Origin: Escherichia coli | GTDB taxonomy: Bacteria; Pseudomonadota; Gammaproteobacteria; Enterobacterales; Enterobacteriaceae | Assembly: GCF_016903815.1 (NCBI RefSeq) | Contig: NZ_CP069973.1 | Reading direction: 5' to 3' (one strand) | Length of the DNA: 64,000 nucleotides | In this document: positions 11,393 to 23,015 of the stretch, piece by piece | Layout of the letters: each line of letters begins with the position of its first letter | How positions within the stretch are numbered: position 1 is the first letter of the stretch | Notes under the pieces: model-generated | Databases searched by the model: none | Told to the model about the DNA's origin: nothing | What the model saw: the letters and a program-made list of their open reading frames with translations, nothing else | Position numbers and translations under genes: made by a program

Positions 11393-12450
11393 CCGAACCG
11401 TTAAAACCACGTATTGATTTCGACGGTCCACTGGAGGTCGATCAGAATCCAAAATTCAGGGCGCAGCAGACCTTTGACGAAAATCAGGCGCAAAATTTTG
11501 CCCCGGCCACGCTCGACGAAGCGCAGGAAGAAGAGGGGCAAGTTGAAGCGGTGATGGACGCAGCGTTACGTCCGAAACGCAGCCTGTGGCGCAAAATGGT
11601 GATGGGCGGGTTGGCTCTGTTTGGCGCAAGCGTTGTCGGGCAGGGCGTGCAGTGGACAATGAACGCCTGGCAAACTCAGGATTGGGTAGCGCTGGGTGGA
11701 TGTGCCGCTGGGGCATTGATTATCGGCGCTGGCGTAGGTTCTGTGGTAACAGAGTGGCGGCGCTTATGGCGCTTGCGACAGCGCGCCCATGAACGCGACG
11801 AAGCGCGCGATTTGTTGCACAGTCACGGTACGGGTAAAGGCCGCGCATTTTGCGAAAAACTGGCGCAGCAGGCGGGCATCGACCAGTCGCATCCGGCACT
11901 GCAACGCTGGTATGCCTCAATCCATGAAACGCAAAACGATCGTGAAGTGGTCAGCCTGTATGCTCATCTGGTCCAGCCGGTTTTAGATGCCCAGGCGCGG
12001 CGCGAAATCAGCCGTTCGGCGGCGGAATCAACGTTGATGATTGCGGTCAGCCCGCTGGCGCTGGTGGATATGGCATTTATCGCCTGGCGCAATCTGCGTT
12101 TGATCAATCGCATCGCCACGCTGTATGGCATTGAACTGGGATATTACAGCCGTTTGCGCCTGTTTAAGCTGGTATTGCTGAATATCGCTTTCGCCGGAGC
12201 CAGCGAACTGGTGCGCGAAGTGGGGATGGACTGGATGTCGCAAGATCTCGCTGCGCGTTTGTCTACCCGGGCAGCTCAGGGGATTGGTGCAGGACTTCTG
12301 ACGGCACGACTGGGGATTAAAGCTATGGAGCTTTGCCGCCCTCTGCCGTGGATTGACGATGACAAACCTCGCCTCGGGGATTTCCGTCGTCAGCTTATCG
12401 GTCAGGTGAAAGAGACGCTGCAAAAAGGCAAAACGCCCAGCGAAAAATAA
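11389..12450 (+). CDS. ycjF: UPF0283 inner membrane protein
   Basis: 353 aa; hydrophobic segments; coupled to ycjX. Confidence 0.85.
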   Translation: MTEPLKPRIDFDGPLEVDQNPKFRAQQTFDENQAQNFAPATLDEAQEEEGQVEAVMDAALRPKRSLWRKMVMGGLALFGASVVGQGVQWTMNAWQTQDWVALGGCAAGALIIGAGVGSVVTEWRRLWRLRQRAHERDEARDLLHSHGTGKGRAFCEKLAQQAGIDQSHPALQRWYASIHETQNDREVVSLYAHLVQPVLDAQARREISRSAAESTLMIAVSPLALVDMAFIAWRNLRLINRIATLYGIELGYYSRLRLFKLVLLNIAFAGASELVREVGMDWMSQDLAARLSTRAAQGIGAGLLTARLGIKAMELCRPLPWIDDDKPRLGDFRRQLIGQVKETLQKGKTPSEK

Positions 12451-12509
12451 TGCAATATCGGGTGCTGATCGGATATCTTTACGCCGAAGTGCCCGTTTTT
12501 CCGTCTTTG

Positions 12510-12527
12510 TGTCAATGATTGTTGACA
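12510..12527. promoter_or_regulatory. TyrR box-like palindrome in the tyrR promoter region (autoregulation)
   Basis: TGTCAATGATTGTTGACA matches TGTAAA-N6-TTTACA architecture, about 70 bp upstream of tyrR start. Confidence 0.6.
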
Positions 12528-12597
12528 GAAACCTTCCTGCTATCCAAATAGTGTCATATCATCATATTAATTGTTCTTTTTTCAGGTGAAGGTTCCC

Positions 12598-14139
12598 ATG
12601 CGTCTGGAAGTCTTTTGTGAAGACCGACTCGGTCTGACCCGCGAATTACTCGATCTACTCGTGCTAAGAGGCATTGATTTACGCGGTATTGAGATTGACC
12701 CCATTGGGCGAATCTACCTCAATTTTGCTGAACTGGAGTTTGAGAGTTTCAGCAGTCTGATGGCCGAAATACGCCGTATTGCAGGTGTTACCGATGTCCG
12801 TACTGTCCCGTGGATGCCTTCTGAACGTGAGCATCTGGCGTTGAGCGCGTTACTGGAAGCGTTGCCTGAACCTGTGCTCTCTGTCGATATGAAAAGCAAA
12901 GTGGATATGGCGAACCCGGCGAGCTGTCAGCTTTTTGGGCAAAAATTGGATCGCCTGCGCAACCATACCGCCGCGCAATTGATTAACGGCTTTAATTTTT
13001 TGCGTTGGCTGGAAAGCGAACCGCAGGATTCGCATAACGAGCATGTCGTTATTAATGGGCAGAATTTCCTGATGGAGATTACGCCTGTTTATCTTCAGGA
13101 TGAAAATGATCAACACGTCCTGACCGGTGCGGTGGTGATGTTGCGATCAACGATTCGTATGGGTCGTCAGTTGCAAAATGTCGCCGCCCAGGACGTCAGC
13201 GCCTTTAGTCAAATTGTCGCCGTCAGCCCGAAAATGAAGCATGTTGTCGAACAGGCGCAGAAACTGGCGATGCTAAGCGCGCCATTGCTGATAACCGGTG
13301 ATACCGGCACCGGAAAAGATCTCTTTGCGTATGCCTGTCATCAGGCAAGCCCACGCGCGGGCAAACCCTATCTGGCGCTGAACTGTGCTTCTATCCCGGA
13401 AGATGCGGTCGAGAGTGAACTGTTTGGTCATGCTCCGGAAGGGAAGAAAGGGTTCTTTGAGCAGGCGAACGGTGGTTCGGTACTGCTGGATGAAATAGGT
13501 GAGATGTCACCACGGATGCAGGCGAAATTACTGCGTTTCCTTAATGATGGCACTTTCCGTCGGGTTGGCGAAGACCATGAGGTGCATGTCGATGTGCGGG
13601 TGATTTGCGCTACGCAGAAGAATCTGGTCGAACTGGTGCAAAAAGGCGTGTTCCGTGAAGATCTCTATTATCGTCTGAACGTGTTGACGCTCAATCTGCC
13701 GCCGCTACGTGACTGTCCGCAGGACATCATGCCTTTAACCGAGCTGTTCGTCGCCCGCTTTGCCGACGAGCAGGGCGTGCCGCGTCCGAAACTGGCCGCT
13801 GACCTGAATACTGTACTTACGCGTTATGCGTGGCCGGGAAATGTGCGGCAGTTAAAGAACGCTATTTATCGCGCACTAACACAACTGGACGGTTATGAGC
13901 TGCGTCCTCAGGATATTTTGTTGCCGGATTATGACGCCGCAACGGTAGCCGTGGGCGAAGATGCGATGGAAGGTTCGCTGGACGAAATCACCAGCCGTTT
14001 TGAACGCTCGGTATTAACCCAGCTTTATCGCAATTATCCCAGCACGCGCAAACTGGCAAAACGTCTCGGCGTTTCGCATACCGCGATTGCCAATAAGTTG
14101 CGGGAATATGGTCTGAGTCAGAAGAAGAACGAAGAGTAA
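12598..14139 (+). CDS. tyrR: Aromatic amino acid regulator TyrR (sigma54-type AAA+ activator fold)
   Basis: 513 aa from MRLEVFCEDRLGLTREL; GDTGTGKD Walker A; C-terminal HTH. Confidence 0.95.
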   Translation: MRLEVFCEDRLGLTRELLDLLVLRGIDLRGIEIDPIGRIYLNFAELEFESFSSLMAEIRRIAGVTDVRTVPWMPSEREHLALSALLEALPEPVLSVDMKSKVDMANPASCQLFGQKLDRLRNHTAAQLINGFNFLRWLESEPQDSHNEHVVINGQNFLMEITPVYLQDENDQHVLTGAVVMLRSTIRMGRQLQNVAAQDVSAFSQIVAVSPKMKHVVEQAQKLAMLSAPLLITGDTGTGKDLFAYACHQASPRAGKPYLALNCASIPEDAVESELFGHAPEGKKGFFEQANGGSVLLDEIGEMSPRMQAKLLRFLNDGTFRRVGEDHEVHVDVRVICATQKNLVELVQKGVFREDLYYRLNVLTLNLPPLRDCPQDIMPLTELFVARFADEQGVPRPKLAADLNTVLTRYAWPGNVRQLKNAIYRALTQLDGYELRPQDILLPDYDAATVAVGEDAMEGSLDEITSRFERSVLTQLYRNYPSTRKLAKRLGVSHTAIANKLREYGLSQKKNEE

Positions 14140-14145
14140 GCGCGA

Positions 14146-14178
14146 ATATGCCTGATGGTGCAACACCATCAGGCATAT
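14146..14178. terminator. Bidirectional rho-independent terminator between convergent tyrR and tpx
   Basis: Perfect 14-15 bp stem ATATGCCTGATGGTG/CACCATCAGGCATAT with a 4 nt loop. Confidence 0.7.
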
Positions 14179-14182
14179 TAAC

Positions 14183-14689
14183 TTATGCTTTCAGTACAGC
14201 CAGAGCTGCTTCGTAATCCGGCTCGGTGGTGATTTCATCCACCAGTTGGCTGAAAATCACATTGTCATTTTCATCAATAACCACAACGGCACGCGCTGCC
14301 AGACCTTTCAGTGGGCCATCAGCAATTGCCACACCGTAGGCTTGCAGGAATTCAGCGTTACGGAAAGTGGAGAGGGTGATAACGTTGTTCAGACCTTCTG
14401 CGCCGCAGAAACGAGACTGGGCGAACGGCAGATCGGCAGAAATACACAGCACAACGGTGTTGTCGATCTCGGTTGCCAGTTGGTTAAACTTACGTACTGA
14501 TGCGGCGCAAACACCGGTATCAATACTCGGGAAAATGTTCAGCACTTTGCGTTTACCCGCAAACTGACCGAGGGTGACGTCAGACAGATCTTTTGCCACG
14601 AGAGTAAAAGTCTGCGCTTTGCTACCCGCCTGCGGGATGGAATTGGCGACTGTAACCGGGTTGCCCTGGAAATGAACGGTTTGTGACAT
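14183..14689 (-). CDS. tpx: Thiol peroxidase (atypical 2-Cys peroxiredoxin)
   Basis: 168 aa; matches Tpx. Confidence 0.95.
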   Translation of the reverse strand: MSQTVHFQGNPVTVANSIPQAGSKAQTFTLVAKDLSDVTLGQFAGKRKVLNIFPSIDTGVCAASVRKFNQLATEIDNTVVLCISADLPFAQSRFCGAEGLNNVITLSTFRNAEFLQAYGVAIADGPLKGLAARAVVVIDENDNVIFSQLVDEITTEPDYEAALAVLKA

Positions 14690-14797
14690 GATTATCTTTC
14701 CTGTTTACATATAGTTAACGTCACACCTAGTTTATGCTAACTGTCAATAACACAGCAAACGCTATTTGCGCTTAATCCGCAGACCACCGCGACAACA

Positions 14798-15747
<950 letters not shown>

Positions 15748-15773
<26 letters not shown>

Positions 15774-16476
15774 GATGCCAGCGCAGCAAGTTTGCCATCG
15801 CAAAGAGATATTTTTCGCTGGCTTCGTCGGAGGAGATGGGTGGAAACTCTGCGGTGATGCAATGCAGGTTGAGATCCGCACACCAACTGCCGAAAGAGCC
15901 AGGCGTTTCATAACCGACGCTGGTTACCAGAGGCAATTCAAACGCCTGGGCCAGCCATTCACCTAATTCGCTGTGTCTGGGATCTTCAATACAGGCCAGC
16001 GGATCGTGGAATGAGACCACCCAGGCGGGTTGAATGCGGTGTATAAGCTGGCACAGCGCCTGGGTTTCAGGTTCAGAGCCAGGTTTGTCACCTGTCAGCA
16101 ATACGACATCACGTTCTTCAGCGGCGCTGTTCCAGCGATAAACGGTTTCACCTTCCTTCCAATTCGCCGCCGGAAAGTTTCTGTTTAAATCCACACCATT
16201 AGCATTGGCCCGTAACCCCAACTGGCAGCCGTCAGGATTCACACACAGCACCACATGATGACGGCGCAAAGAAGGTGTCAACGTCCGCAGAGCACAGGAG
16301 AGCGTGACGACCGAAGAGTTTTCATCACCGTGAGTGCCAGCCAGAATCAAACCACTTTCGCGGCTGGCTGCAGGGGCAGGAAACCAGATTAACGGCGCGC
16401 CCAATAATGAACGTCCGTAATGTTCTGTTCCGGGCGGAAATGCGCCGCGTTCGGCGCGTGGGCGGGTTACGGTCAT
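15748..16476 (-). CDS. mpaA: Murein peptide amidase A (gamma-D-Glu-Dap amidase, M14 family)
   Basis: 242 aa from MTVTRPRAERG within ORF 15748-16536. Confidence 0.85.
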
Positions 16477-16766
16477 GATCGTCTCTGGTTCAGGAAGTAT
16501 TACAGGCAGTGTTGTGCAAATTTTGCGGATTATCAAATCCTTTTCTTCAACGCTATGTCATCGATCTTGTATCACTTTTTTGCCGGAAGTTGTTTGCATT
16601 TTCATTGATGTGCAGATATTAGAATTGTCGTAATGTTATATACATGGCGTATTTTATTCTTACTGGTTCTACACATGTTAATCGCATCTGATTGATCAGT
16701 TCACCTTAATAAGTTTAATAAATCGTACTGCACATAGTACAGTACGAAGGTAGCTATATAATTGAT

Positions 16767-17405
16767 TTACATGAAGAATGGCTTATCGCCATCAGTCCCG
16801 GGCTGATTGATGCCTATATTCTCACCAATGTGTTTCTCAGGTTTATCGATGATATCTGTAATTAATGCTGCGACACTCTTACGTGATACGATCGTACCTT
16901 TGAATGGTTCATTGCGTGAGGTAAGCTCATAATCAATAATATCTTCATCGGTCAGCCAGGCAGGGCGAAGAATTGTATATTCCAGTCCAGAAGCCTCAAT
17001 TGCATCCGCAGCCCTGCGGAATGGTTTTAGGGGCTCACAAATAACTGCATTATTCCATTCGCCAAATTTTCCTGGAACTTCATCATAAATACCGAGGGAA
17101 AGAACAAAGATCAGACGTTTAACATCACAGGCTTTCATCGCAGCGATCACTGAATTTGCCTGAATATCTAAATCTTCCCCCGTAAGGTTGGCATACACAA
17201 CATCCTGTCCCTGCATGGCCTGCTTCAGTGCTGCATGATTCAGTACATCCCCCATAATAATCTTGCTATTAGTTGGATAGGGTTTGTGGATTTTTGCTGG
17301 CTGACGGGCAAATAAAGTTTGTTTAATGGTTTGTTTATCTGCCAGTTGATTAATCACATGGCGGGCTATCTGACCGCCAGCACCAAGAATCAGTACATTT
17401 TTCAT
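16767..17405 (-). CDS. ymjC: NAD(P)-binding NmrA/SDR-like protein, full length here
   Basis: 212 aa; N-terminal ILGAGGQIARH Rossmann motif. Confidence 0.7.
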   Translation of the reverse strand: MKNVLILGAGGQIARHVINQLADKQTIKQTLFARQPAKIHKPYPTNSKIIMGDVLNHAALKQAMQGQDVVYANLTGEDLDIQANSVIAAMKACDVKRLIFVLSLGIYDEVPGKFGEWNNAVICEPLKPFRRAADAIEASGLEYTILRPAWLTDEDIIDYELTSRNEPFKGTIVSRKSVAALITDIIDKPEKHIGENIGINQPGTDGDKPFFM

Positions 17406-17476
17406 GAAACTTTTCCCAGATTATTGGCAGCAATATGCCAGGCCATATCACTATTACGGATTTGAATATGTTTCAT
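17402..17476 (-). CDS. Small ORF (24 aa) bridging ycjY and ymjC; possibly the ymjD small protein
   Basis: ATG overlaps ycjY stop, stop overlaps ymjC ATG; MKHIQIRNSDMAWHIAANNLGKVS. Confidence 0.35.
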   Translation of the reverse strand: MKHIQIRNSDMAWHIAANNLGKVS

Positions 17477-18396
17477 TACAGAGTTTCCTCAAAGAACGGC
17501 GCTAATACTGAAATTGCTTCAGCCACATAGACTTTGCCGTCATAAAGATCCATATGGTTTGCGCCTTCAACAATGTGATAGCGTTTATCCTGGCTTGATG
17601 CTCGATCGTACAGGTCGTCACTCATCCATTTGCTCCCTGCCTGGCTGCCCGCCACAATCTGTATCGGCTGAGTCAGGTACACTTCCGCCATATGGTAAGC
17701 ATCATAGGTAATAATCTGGTTAAGGCTGCGCAAAGTAGCGTAACCCGGTGCTGTTGGATACTGCGCGCGAGGGGTGTGGTAATACTCCCAGGCCTGACGC
17801 AGTTCTTCGTTCGGCGCATCGGACTCCTTCATTGGTGCCAGTGGCATGGTGGCGTATTCTCCGCTGCTAATATCGCTGGTTCGGGCGTTTGAACCCGCGT
17901 CAACGTATGGTAGGGCATCAATAGATTTCACATTGTTTTCCCAACCATTACGGAACATCGAACCAATATTGACCGCACTAACAGTACCGATGGCCTTGAT
18001 GCGGCGATCCTGAATTGCAGCATTGGCTGTATATCCTGCACCGGCACAAATTCCCATCGCACCAATTCGGCTATTGTCGACATAAGAAAGCGTTGTCAGA
18101 TAATCAATCACGGCACTGACGTCTTCAGTACGAATGTATGGGTTTTCTAACTGACGCGGCTCGCCGCCGCTTTCACCTTGATAAGATGCGTCATAAGCAA
18201 TAGTGACAAATCCCTTTTCCGCCAGTTTTTCGGCATAGGTTCCAGCCGTTTGCTCTTTAACGCCCCCACCTGGGTGAGATACCACAATTGCCGGATACTG
18301 ACGGGTTTCATCAAATTTTGGAGGGAAATAGATCACTGCAGACAAAGAGATGGTTGGATTATTGCTGTTAGTGAAGCTGACTTTATTATTCATCAT
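17476..18396 (-). CDS. ycjY: Alpha/beta hydrolase (dienelactone hydrolase-like)
   Basis: ORF 17476-18408; start at MNNKVSF with AGGAA SD gives 306 aa; GxCxG nucleophile elbow. Confidence 0.8.
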   Translation of the reverse strand: MMNNKVSFTNSNNPTISLSAVIYFPPKFDETRQYPAIVVSHPGGGVKEQTAGTYAEKLAEKGFVTIAYDASYQGESGGEPRQLENPYIRTEDVSAVIDYLTTLSYVDNSRIGAMGICAGAGYTANAAIQDRRIKAIGTVSAVNIGSMFRNGWENNVKSIDALPYVDAGSNARTSDISSGEYATMPLAPMKESDAPNEELRQAWEYYHTPRAQYPTAPGYATLRSLNQIITYDAYHMAEVYLTQPIQIVAGSQAGSKWMSDDLYDRASSQDKRYHIVEGANHMDLYDGKVYVAEAISVLAPFFEETL

Positions 18397-18533
18397 TCCG
18401 TTCCTCATGGAGTTGTCGGTTCGTTTTAACGGTTGGTGATATCACTATAGATATTGATCATTAAGTTGATTAGACCCAAAATCATGATTAGACCTATCAT
18501 TTAAATGATTAATAGATTGTATGGAGATACTGA

Positions 18534-19433
18534 ATGAAGCGTGAAGAAATCGCTGATCTGATGGCGTTTGTCGTCGTTGCAGAGGAGCGTAGCTTCACTC
18601 GCGCAGCAGCCCGCCTGAGCATGGCGCAGTCAGCTTTAAGCCAGATAGTGCGCCGTATAGAAGAACGATTGGGATTGCGGCTTCTGACACGAACCACGCG
18701 CAGCGTTGTACCCACTGAAGCGGGCGAGCATCTTTTGTCTGTTCTTGGCCCTATGTTGCATGACATAGATTCTGCCCTGACATCCCTGAGCGATCTGCAG
18801 AACCGCCCATCCGGGACAATACGTATTACTACTGTAGAACATGCAGCAAAAACGATATTGTTACCAGCTATGCGCACATTCCTGAAATCGCATCCTGAAA
18901 TTGATATCCAGCTTACCATTGATTATGGTTTGACCGATGTCGTTTCTGAACGTTTTGATGCAGGCGTCCGTCTGGGTGGGGAGATGGATAAAGATATGAT
19001 CGCCATTCGAATCGGGCCAGATATACCAATGGCTATTGTTGGCTCACCGGATTATTTTTCTCGTCGAAGTGCTCCAACGTCAGTGTCACAATTAATAGAT
19101 CATCAGGCAATTAATTTGTATCTTCCCACATCGGGTACAGCAAATCGCTGGAGATTAATACGCGGTGGACGTGAAGTTCGTGTTCGCATGGAAGGTCAGC
19201 TTTTACTGAATACGATAGACCTGATCATTGATGCTGCAATTGATGGGCATGGATTGGCGTATCTACCTTATGATCAGGTTGAGCGGGCTATTAAAGAAAA
19301 AAAACTGATACGTGTTTTGGATAAATTCACACCAGATTTACCCGGTTATCACCTGTACTATCCACACCGTCGACATGCTGGCTCGGCATTCTCATTATTT
19401 ATAGATAGGCTGAAGTATAAAGGTGCTGTTTAG
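18534..19433 (+). CDS. ycjZ: LysR-family transcriptional regulator
   Basis: 299 aa; N-terminal LysR HTH; divergent from ycjY. Confidence 0.85.
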   Translation: MKREEIADLMAFVVVAEERSFTRAAARLSMAQSALSQIVRRIEERLGLRLLTRTTRSVVPTEAGEHLLSVLGPMLHDIDSALTSLSDLQNRPSGTIRITTVEHAAKTILLPAMRTFLKSHPEIDIQLTIDYGLTDVVSERFDAGVRLGGEMDKDMIAIRIGPDIPMAIVGSPDYFSRRSAPTSVSQLIDHQAINLYLPTSGTANRWRLIRGGREVRVRMEGQLLLNTIDLIIDAAIDGHGLAYLPYDQVERAIKEKKLIRVLDKFTPDLPGYHLYYPHRRHAGSAFSLFIDRLKYKGAV

Positions 19434-19769
19434 CACTACTTGCTGATACATTAATTTAATTCTTCTCTTAACGTATTCTCAGTTCCTTTCAACGTTTTGG
19501 TCATTTTTTATTCTTCGTACAATGGCGACAGATGCTGATTATGATACCGAAAACGGGTTTGAACGTGCGAAGCCCGAACGTAGTGTTCGGAGTTCTATGT
19601 GCTTTACCGCATTTTGGAGACTATTATTTACACTAAATCTGATTTGATATATTGATACTTAAAACATTTGATGCTTCCTTTGTCACTTTTTTGATGGAAG
19701 TTGTTTGCATTTCTTTAAGGCGAAACAAATAATTACGCATCAATTTTAATGTCGGTTAGAGGGAAACTT

Positions 19770-21383
19770 ATGAAGCACTCTGTTTCAGTCACGTGTTGTG
19801 CGCTGTTGGTCAGCAGCATTTCTCTTTCGTATGCTGCTGAAGTTCCGAGCGGCACAGTACTGGCAGAGAAGCAGGAGCTGGTGCGCCACATTAAAGATGA
19901 GCCAGCGTCTCTGGATCCCGCTAAAGCCGTGGGCCTGCCGGAGATTCAGGTCATTCGCGATCTGTTTGAAGGACTGGTGAATCAGAACGAGAAAGGGGAG
20001 ATTGTCCCCGGCGTTGCGACTCAGTGGAAAAGTAATGACAACCGTATTTGGACTTTTACCCTGCGCGATAACGCAAAATGGGCGGATGGCACACCGGTAA
20101 CGGCGCAAGATTTTGTCTACAGCTGGCAACGTCTGGTGGACCCAAAAACATTGTCGCCATTTGCATGGTTTGCCGCGCTGGCGGGAATCAACAACGCACA
20201 GGCGATTATTGATGGTAAAGCCACGCCTGACCAGCTTGGCGTCACCGCAGTTGATGCCCATACTTTGAAAATCCAGCTTGATAAACCGTTGCCGTGGTTT
20301 GTGAATTTAACCGCTAACTTTGCCTTCTTCCCGGTGCAAAAAGCCAACGTAGAAAGTAGTAAAGAGTGGACGAAACCCGGAAAACTGATCGGTAATGGCG
20401 CTTATGTTCTTAAAGAGCGCGTAGTCAATGAAAAACTGGTCGTGGTACCGAATACCCATTATTGGGATAACGCCAAAACGGTGCTGCAAAAAGTGACCTT
20501 CCTGCCAATTAATCAGGAATCCGCAGCCACTAAGCGTTATCTCGCGGGGGATATTGATATCACCGAATCCTTCCCGAAAAATATGTATCAGAAGCTGTTG
20601 AAGGATATTCCGGGGCAGGTTTATACGCCGCCGCAGCTCGGGACCTATTATTATGCGTTTAACACGCAAAAAGGGCCGACGGCCGATCAGCGTGTTCGCC
20701 TGGCATTAAGTATGACGATAGATCGCCGCCTGATGACCGAAAAAGTGTTGGGGACGGGGGAAAAGCCAGCGTGGCATTTTACACCAGATGTTACTGCCGG
20801 TTTTACGCCGGAGCCTTCGCCGTTTGAACAAATGAGTCAGGAAGAACTGAATGCGCAGGCAAAAACTTTGTTGAGCGCAGCTGGTTATGGTCCGCAAAAA
20901 CCGCTGAAGCTGACGCTTTTGTATAACACTTCAGAAAACCATCAAAAAATTGCGATTGCTGTAGCATCGATGTGGAAAAAGAACCTTGGCGTAGATGTTA
21001 AATTGCAGAATCAGGAATGGAAAACCTATATCGATAGCCGTAACACCGGCAATTTTGATGTTATCCGCGCCTCATGGGTAGGGGATTATAATGAACCCTC
21101 CACTTTCCTTACGTTGTTAACGTCAACGCATTCAGGGAATATTTCACGCTTTAACAATCCGGCATACGACAAAGTACTGGCCCAGGCATCAACGGAAAAT
21201 ACCGTTAAAGCGCGTAATGCCGATTACAATGCGGCAGAAAAAATCCTCATGGAGCAAGCACCGATTGCACCAATTTATCAATATACCAATGGACGATTAA
21301 TCAAGCCGTGGCTGAAAGGTTATCCCATTAATAACCCGGAAGATGTGGCGTACAGTCGGACTATGTATATTGTGAAGCATTGA
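19770..21383 (+). CDS. mppA: Periplasmic murein tripeptide-binding protein (OppA paralog)
   Basis: 537 aa from MKHSVSV; signal peptide; SBP family 5. Confidence 0.9.
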   Translation: MKHSVSVTCCALLVSSISLSYAAEVPSGTVLAEKQELVRHIKDEPASLDPAKAVGLPEIQVIRDLFEGLVNQNEKGEIVPGVATQWKSNDNRIWTFTLRDNAKWADGTPVTAQDFVYSWQRLVDPKTLSPFAWFAALAGINNAQAIIDGKATPDQLGVTAVDAHTLKIQLDKPLPWFVNLTANFAFFPVQKANVESSKEWTKPGKLIGNGAYVLKERVVNEKLVVVPNTHYWDNAKTVLQKVTFLPINQESAATKRYLAGDIDITESFPKNMYQKLLKDIPGQVYTPPQLGTYYYAFNTQKGPTADQRVRLALSMTIDRRLMTEKVLGTGEKPAWHFTPDVTAGFTPEPSPFEQMSQEELNAQAKTLLSAAGYGPQKPLKLTLLYNTSENHQKIAIAVASMWKKNLGVDVKLQNQEWKTYIDSRNTGNFDVIRASWVGDYNEPSTFLTLLTSTHSGNISRFNNPAYDKVLAQASTENTVKARNADYNAAEKILMEQAPIAPIYQYTNGRLIKPWLKGYPINNPEDVAYSRTMYIVKH

Positions 21384-21433
21384 TGTGATGGGAATTGGCG
21401 TTACCCTTGTGGATAACGCCAGTGATGTCTGAT

Positions 21434-22465
21434 TTAGCGACCCTGGTCCGGCGGTGTAATGTTATCCATATACAGCGTCTGGCTGGGGAAGGCAAAGTCC
21501 GCGCCGTGTGACTGTACAATATCGATAATCTTCAAATAAACGTCTTGCTGTGCAGCAAGCCATTCAGCCCATACCGTGGTTTTGGTAAAGCAATAAACCA
21601 TAATATTCAATGAGGAGTCAGCAAACTGGTTGAAATAAACCAGTAAGGTTTGTCGCTGGTCAATGGCCGGGTGATTTTTCAGCATCTCACGTACGGCTTC
21701 GACAATAACGCCCACTTTTGCCGCATCCTCATAACGTAAACCAATGGTCGTGGTAATGCGCCGGTTGGTCATTCGTCCTGGGTTTTCTACGCTGATTGAC
21801 GAAAACAGCGAGTTCGGTACGTACAACGGACGATTATCAAAAGTCGTAATCTTGGTAATTCGCCAGCCAATTTCCGATACTGTACCTTCGATATTTCTGT
21901 CCGGTGAACGGATCCAGTCGCCAATACTAAAAGGACGGTCGAAATAGAGCATAATCCCGGAAAAGAAGTTACTCAGAATATCTTTACCGGCCATACCGAC
22001 AGCCAGACCACCAATACCACCAAAGGTCAACAAGCCAGAAAGGCTCATGCCGAAATGTTCGCCATAAAGCAGAACAAGCACCACAATAATGGTGATTTTG
22101 ATGATACGCGACATAATCCGCGCACTGGTGATATCGCGACCTTTTTTAATCTGCTGTTTTTCAAACTGATTTATCAGCAGAAATAGTTTAATCGTCAGAA
22201 TAACCGCAATCAGGGACGTACAGATAAAATCGATAACGCCTGGGGTGATAAATTTGAGTTTATAGTTTTCTATAACATAATTAATGATGCTACCAACAGC
22301 ACTGATAATTATGGTGTAGATTAAAAATTGCACCGCATGGAATAAAAATCCTTTTCTTTTACGATTTCCGCGGCGAAACCAAAAGCTCATCAGAATCAAT
22401 GCTGCGCAGCTACCGAAAATAATGACCAGATTAAGCGCATTATTTGTAAACAGTTCAGCGATCAT
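21434..22465 (-). CDS. ynaI: MscS-family mechanosensitive channel
   Basis: 343 aa; N-terminal TM helices plus MscS beta domain. Confidence 0.9.
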   Translation of the reverse strand: MIAELFTNNALNLVIIFGSCAALILMSFWFRRGNRKRKGFLFHAVQFLIYTIIISAVGSIINYVIENYKLKFITPGVIDFICTSLIAVILTIKLFLLINQFEKQQIKKGRDITSARIMSRIIKITIIVVLVLLYGEHFGMSLSGLLTFGGIGGLAVGMAGKDILSNFFSGIMLYFDRPFSIGDWIRSPDRNIEGTVSEIGWRITKITTFDNRPLYVPNSLFSSISVENPGRMTNRRITTTIGLRYEDAAKVGVIVEAVREMLKNHPAIDQRQTLLVYFNQFADSSLNIMVYCFTKTTVWAEWLAAQQDVYLKIIDIVQSHGADFAFPSQTLYMDNITPPDQGR

Positions 22466-22708
22466 TGTTTTATCAGGCTCCTCCAGATAATTGTCGTCAT
22501 GCCGGAAACCCCTGGCGGGGCTATTTTACCGCGACAATTCATTCAGATCATCAATAGTCAGGGAAGGAAGTAGCAACATTAGCTAACTAATCAATGCGTT
22601 GATTGTAAATCCAGCTAAGAGGTGAGGTTTTCAGAGCAGACAACGGTAAAATGTCATGGTATTGTTATGTTTAGGTAACAAGAAATTTGTCTGCACAAGG
22701 ATTACATC

Positions 22709-22966
22709 ATGATTATGGCGAAACTGAAGTCAGCGAAAGGGAAGAAATTTCTCTTTGGTTTGTTGGCGGTTTTCATTATTGCGGCGTCGGTTGTGACTCG
22801 CGCGACCATCGGCGGCGTGATAGAACAGTACAATATTCCGCTGTCTGAGTGGACGACATCAATGTATGTGATTCAGTCATCGATGATTTTTGTTTATAGC
22901 CTGGTCTTTACTGTGTTACTGGCAATCCCGTTGGGAATTTATTTCCTTGGCGGCGAAGAGCAGTAA
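22709..22966 (+). CDS. ynaJ: Small inner membrane protein (DUF2534)
   Basis: 85 aa; two hydrophobic helices; between ynaI and uspE. Confidence 0.8.
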   Translation: MIMAKLKSAKGKKFLFGLLAVFIIAASVVTRATIGGVIEQYNIPLSEWTTSMYVIQSSMIFVYSLVFTVLLAIPLGIYFLGGEEQ

Positions 22967-22976
22967 GTAAAAAATA

Positions 22977-22994
22977 GGCCCGTTAACTCGGGCC
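22977..22994. terminator. Bidirectional hairpin terminator between ynaJ and uspE
   Basis: GGCCCG-TTAACT-CGGGCC hairpin flanked by A/T runs. Confidence 0.6.
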
Positions 22995-23015
22995 TTGTCA
23001 GTTATTGAAGAGTCG

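Noticed and set aside
10209-12423. Multiple internal and antisense ORFs within ycjX and ycjF
   Set aside because: High-GC coding regions generate alternative open frames; all nested in well-supported genes
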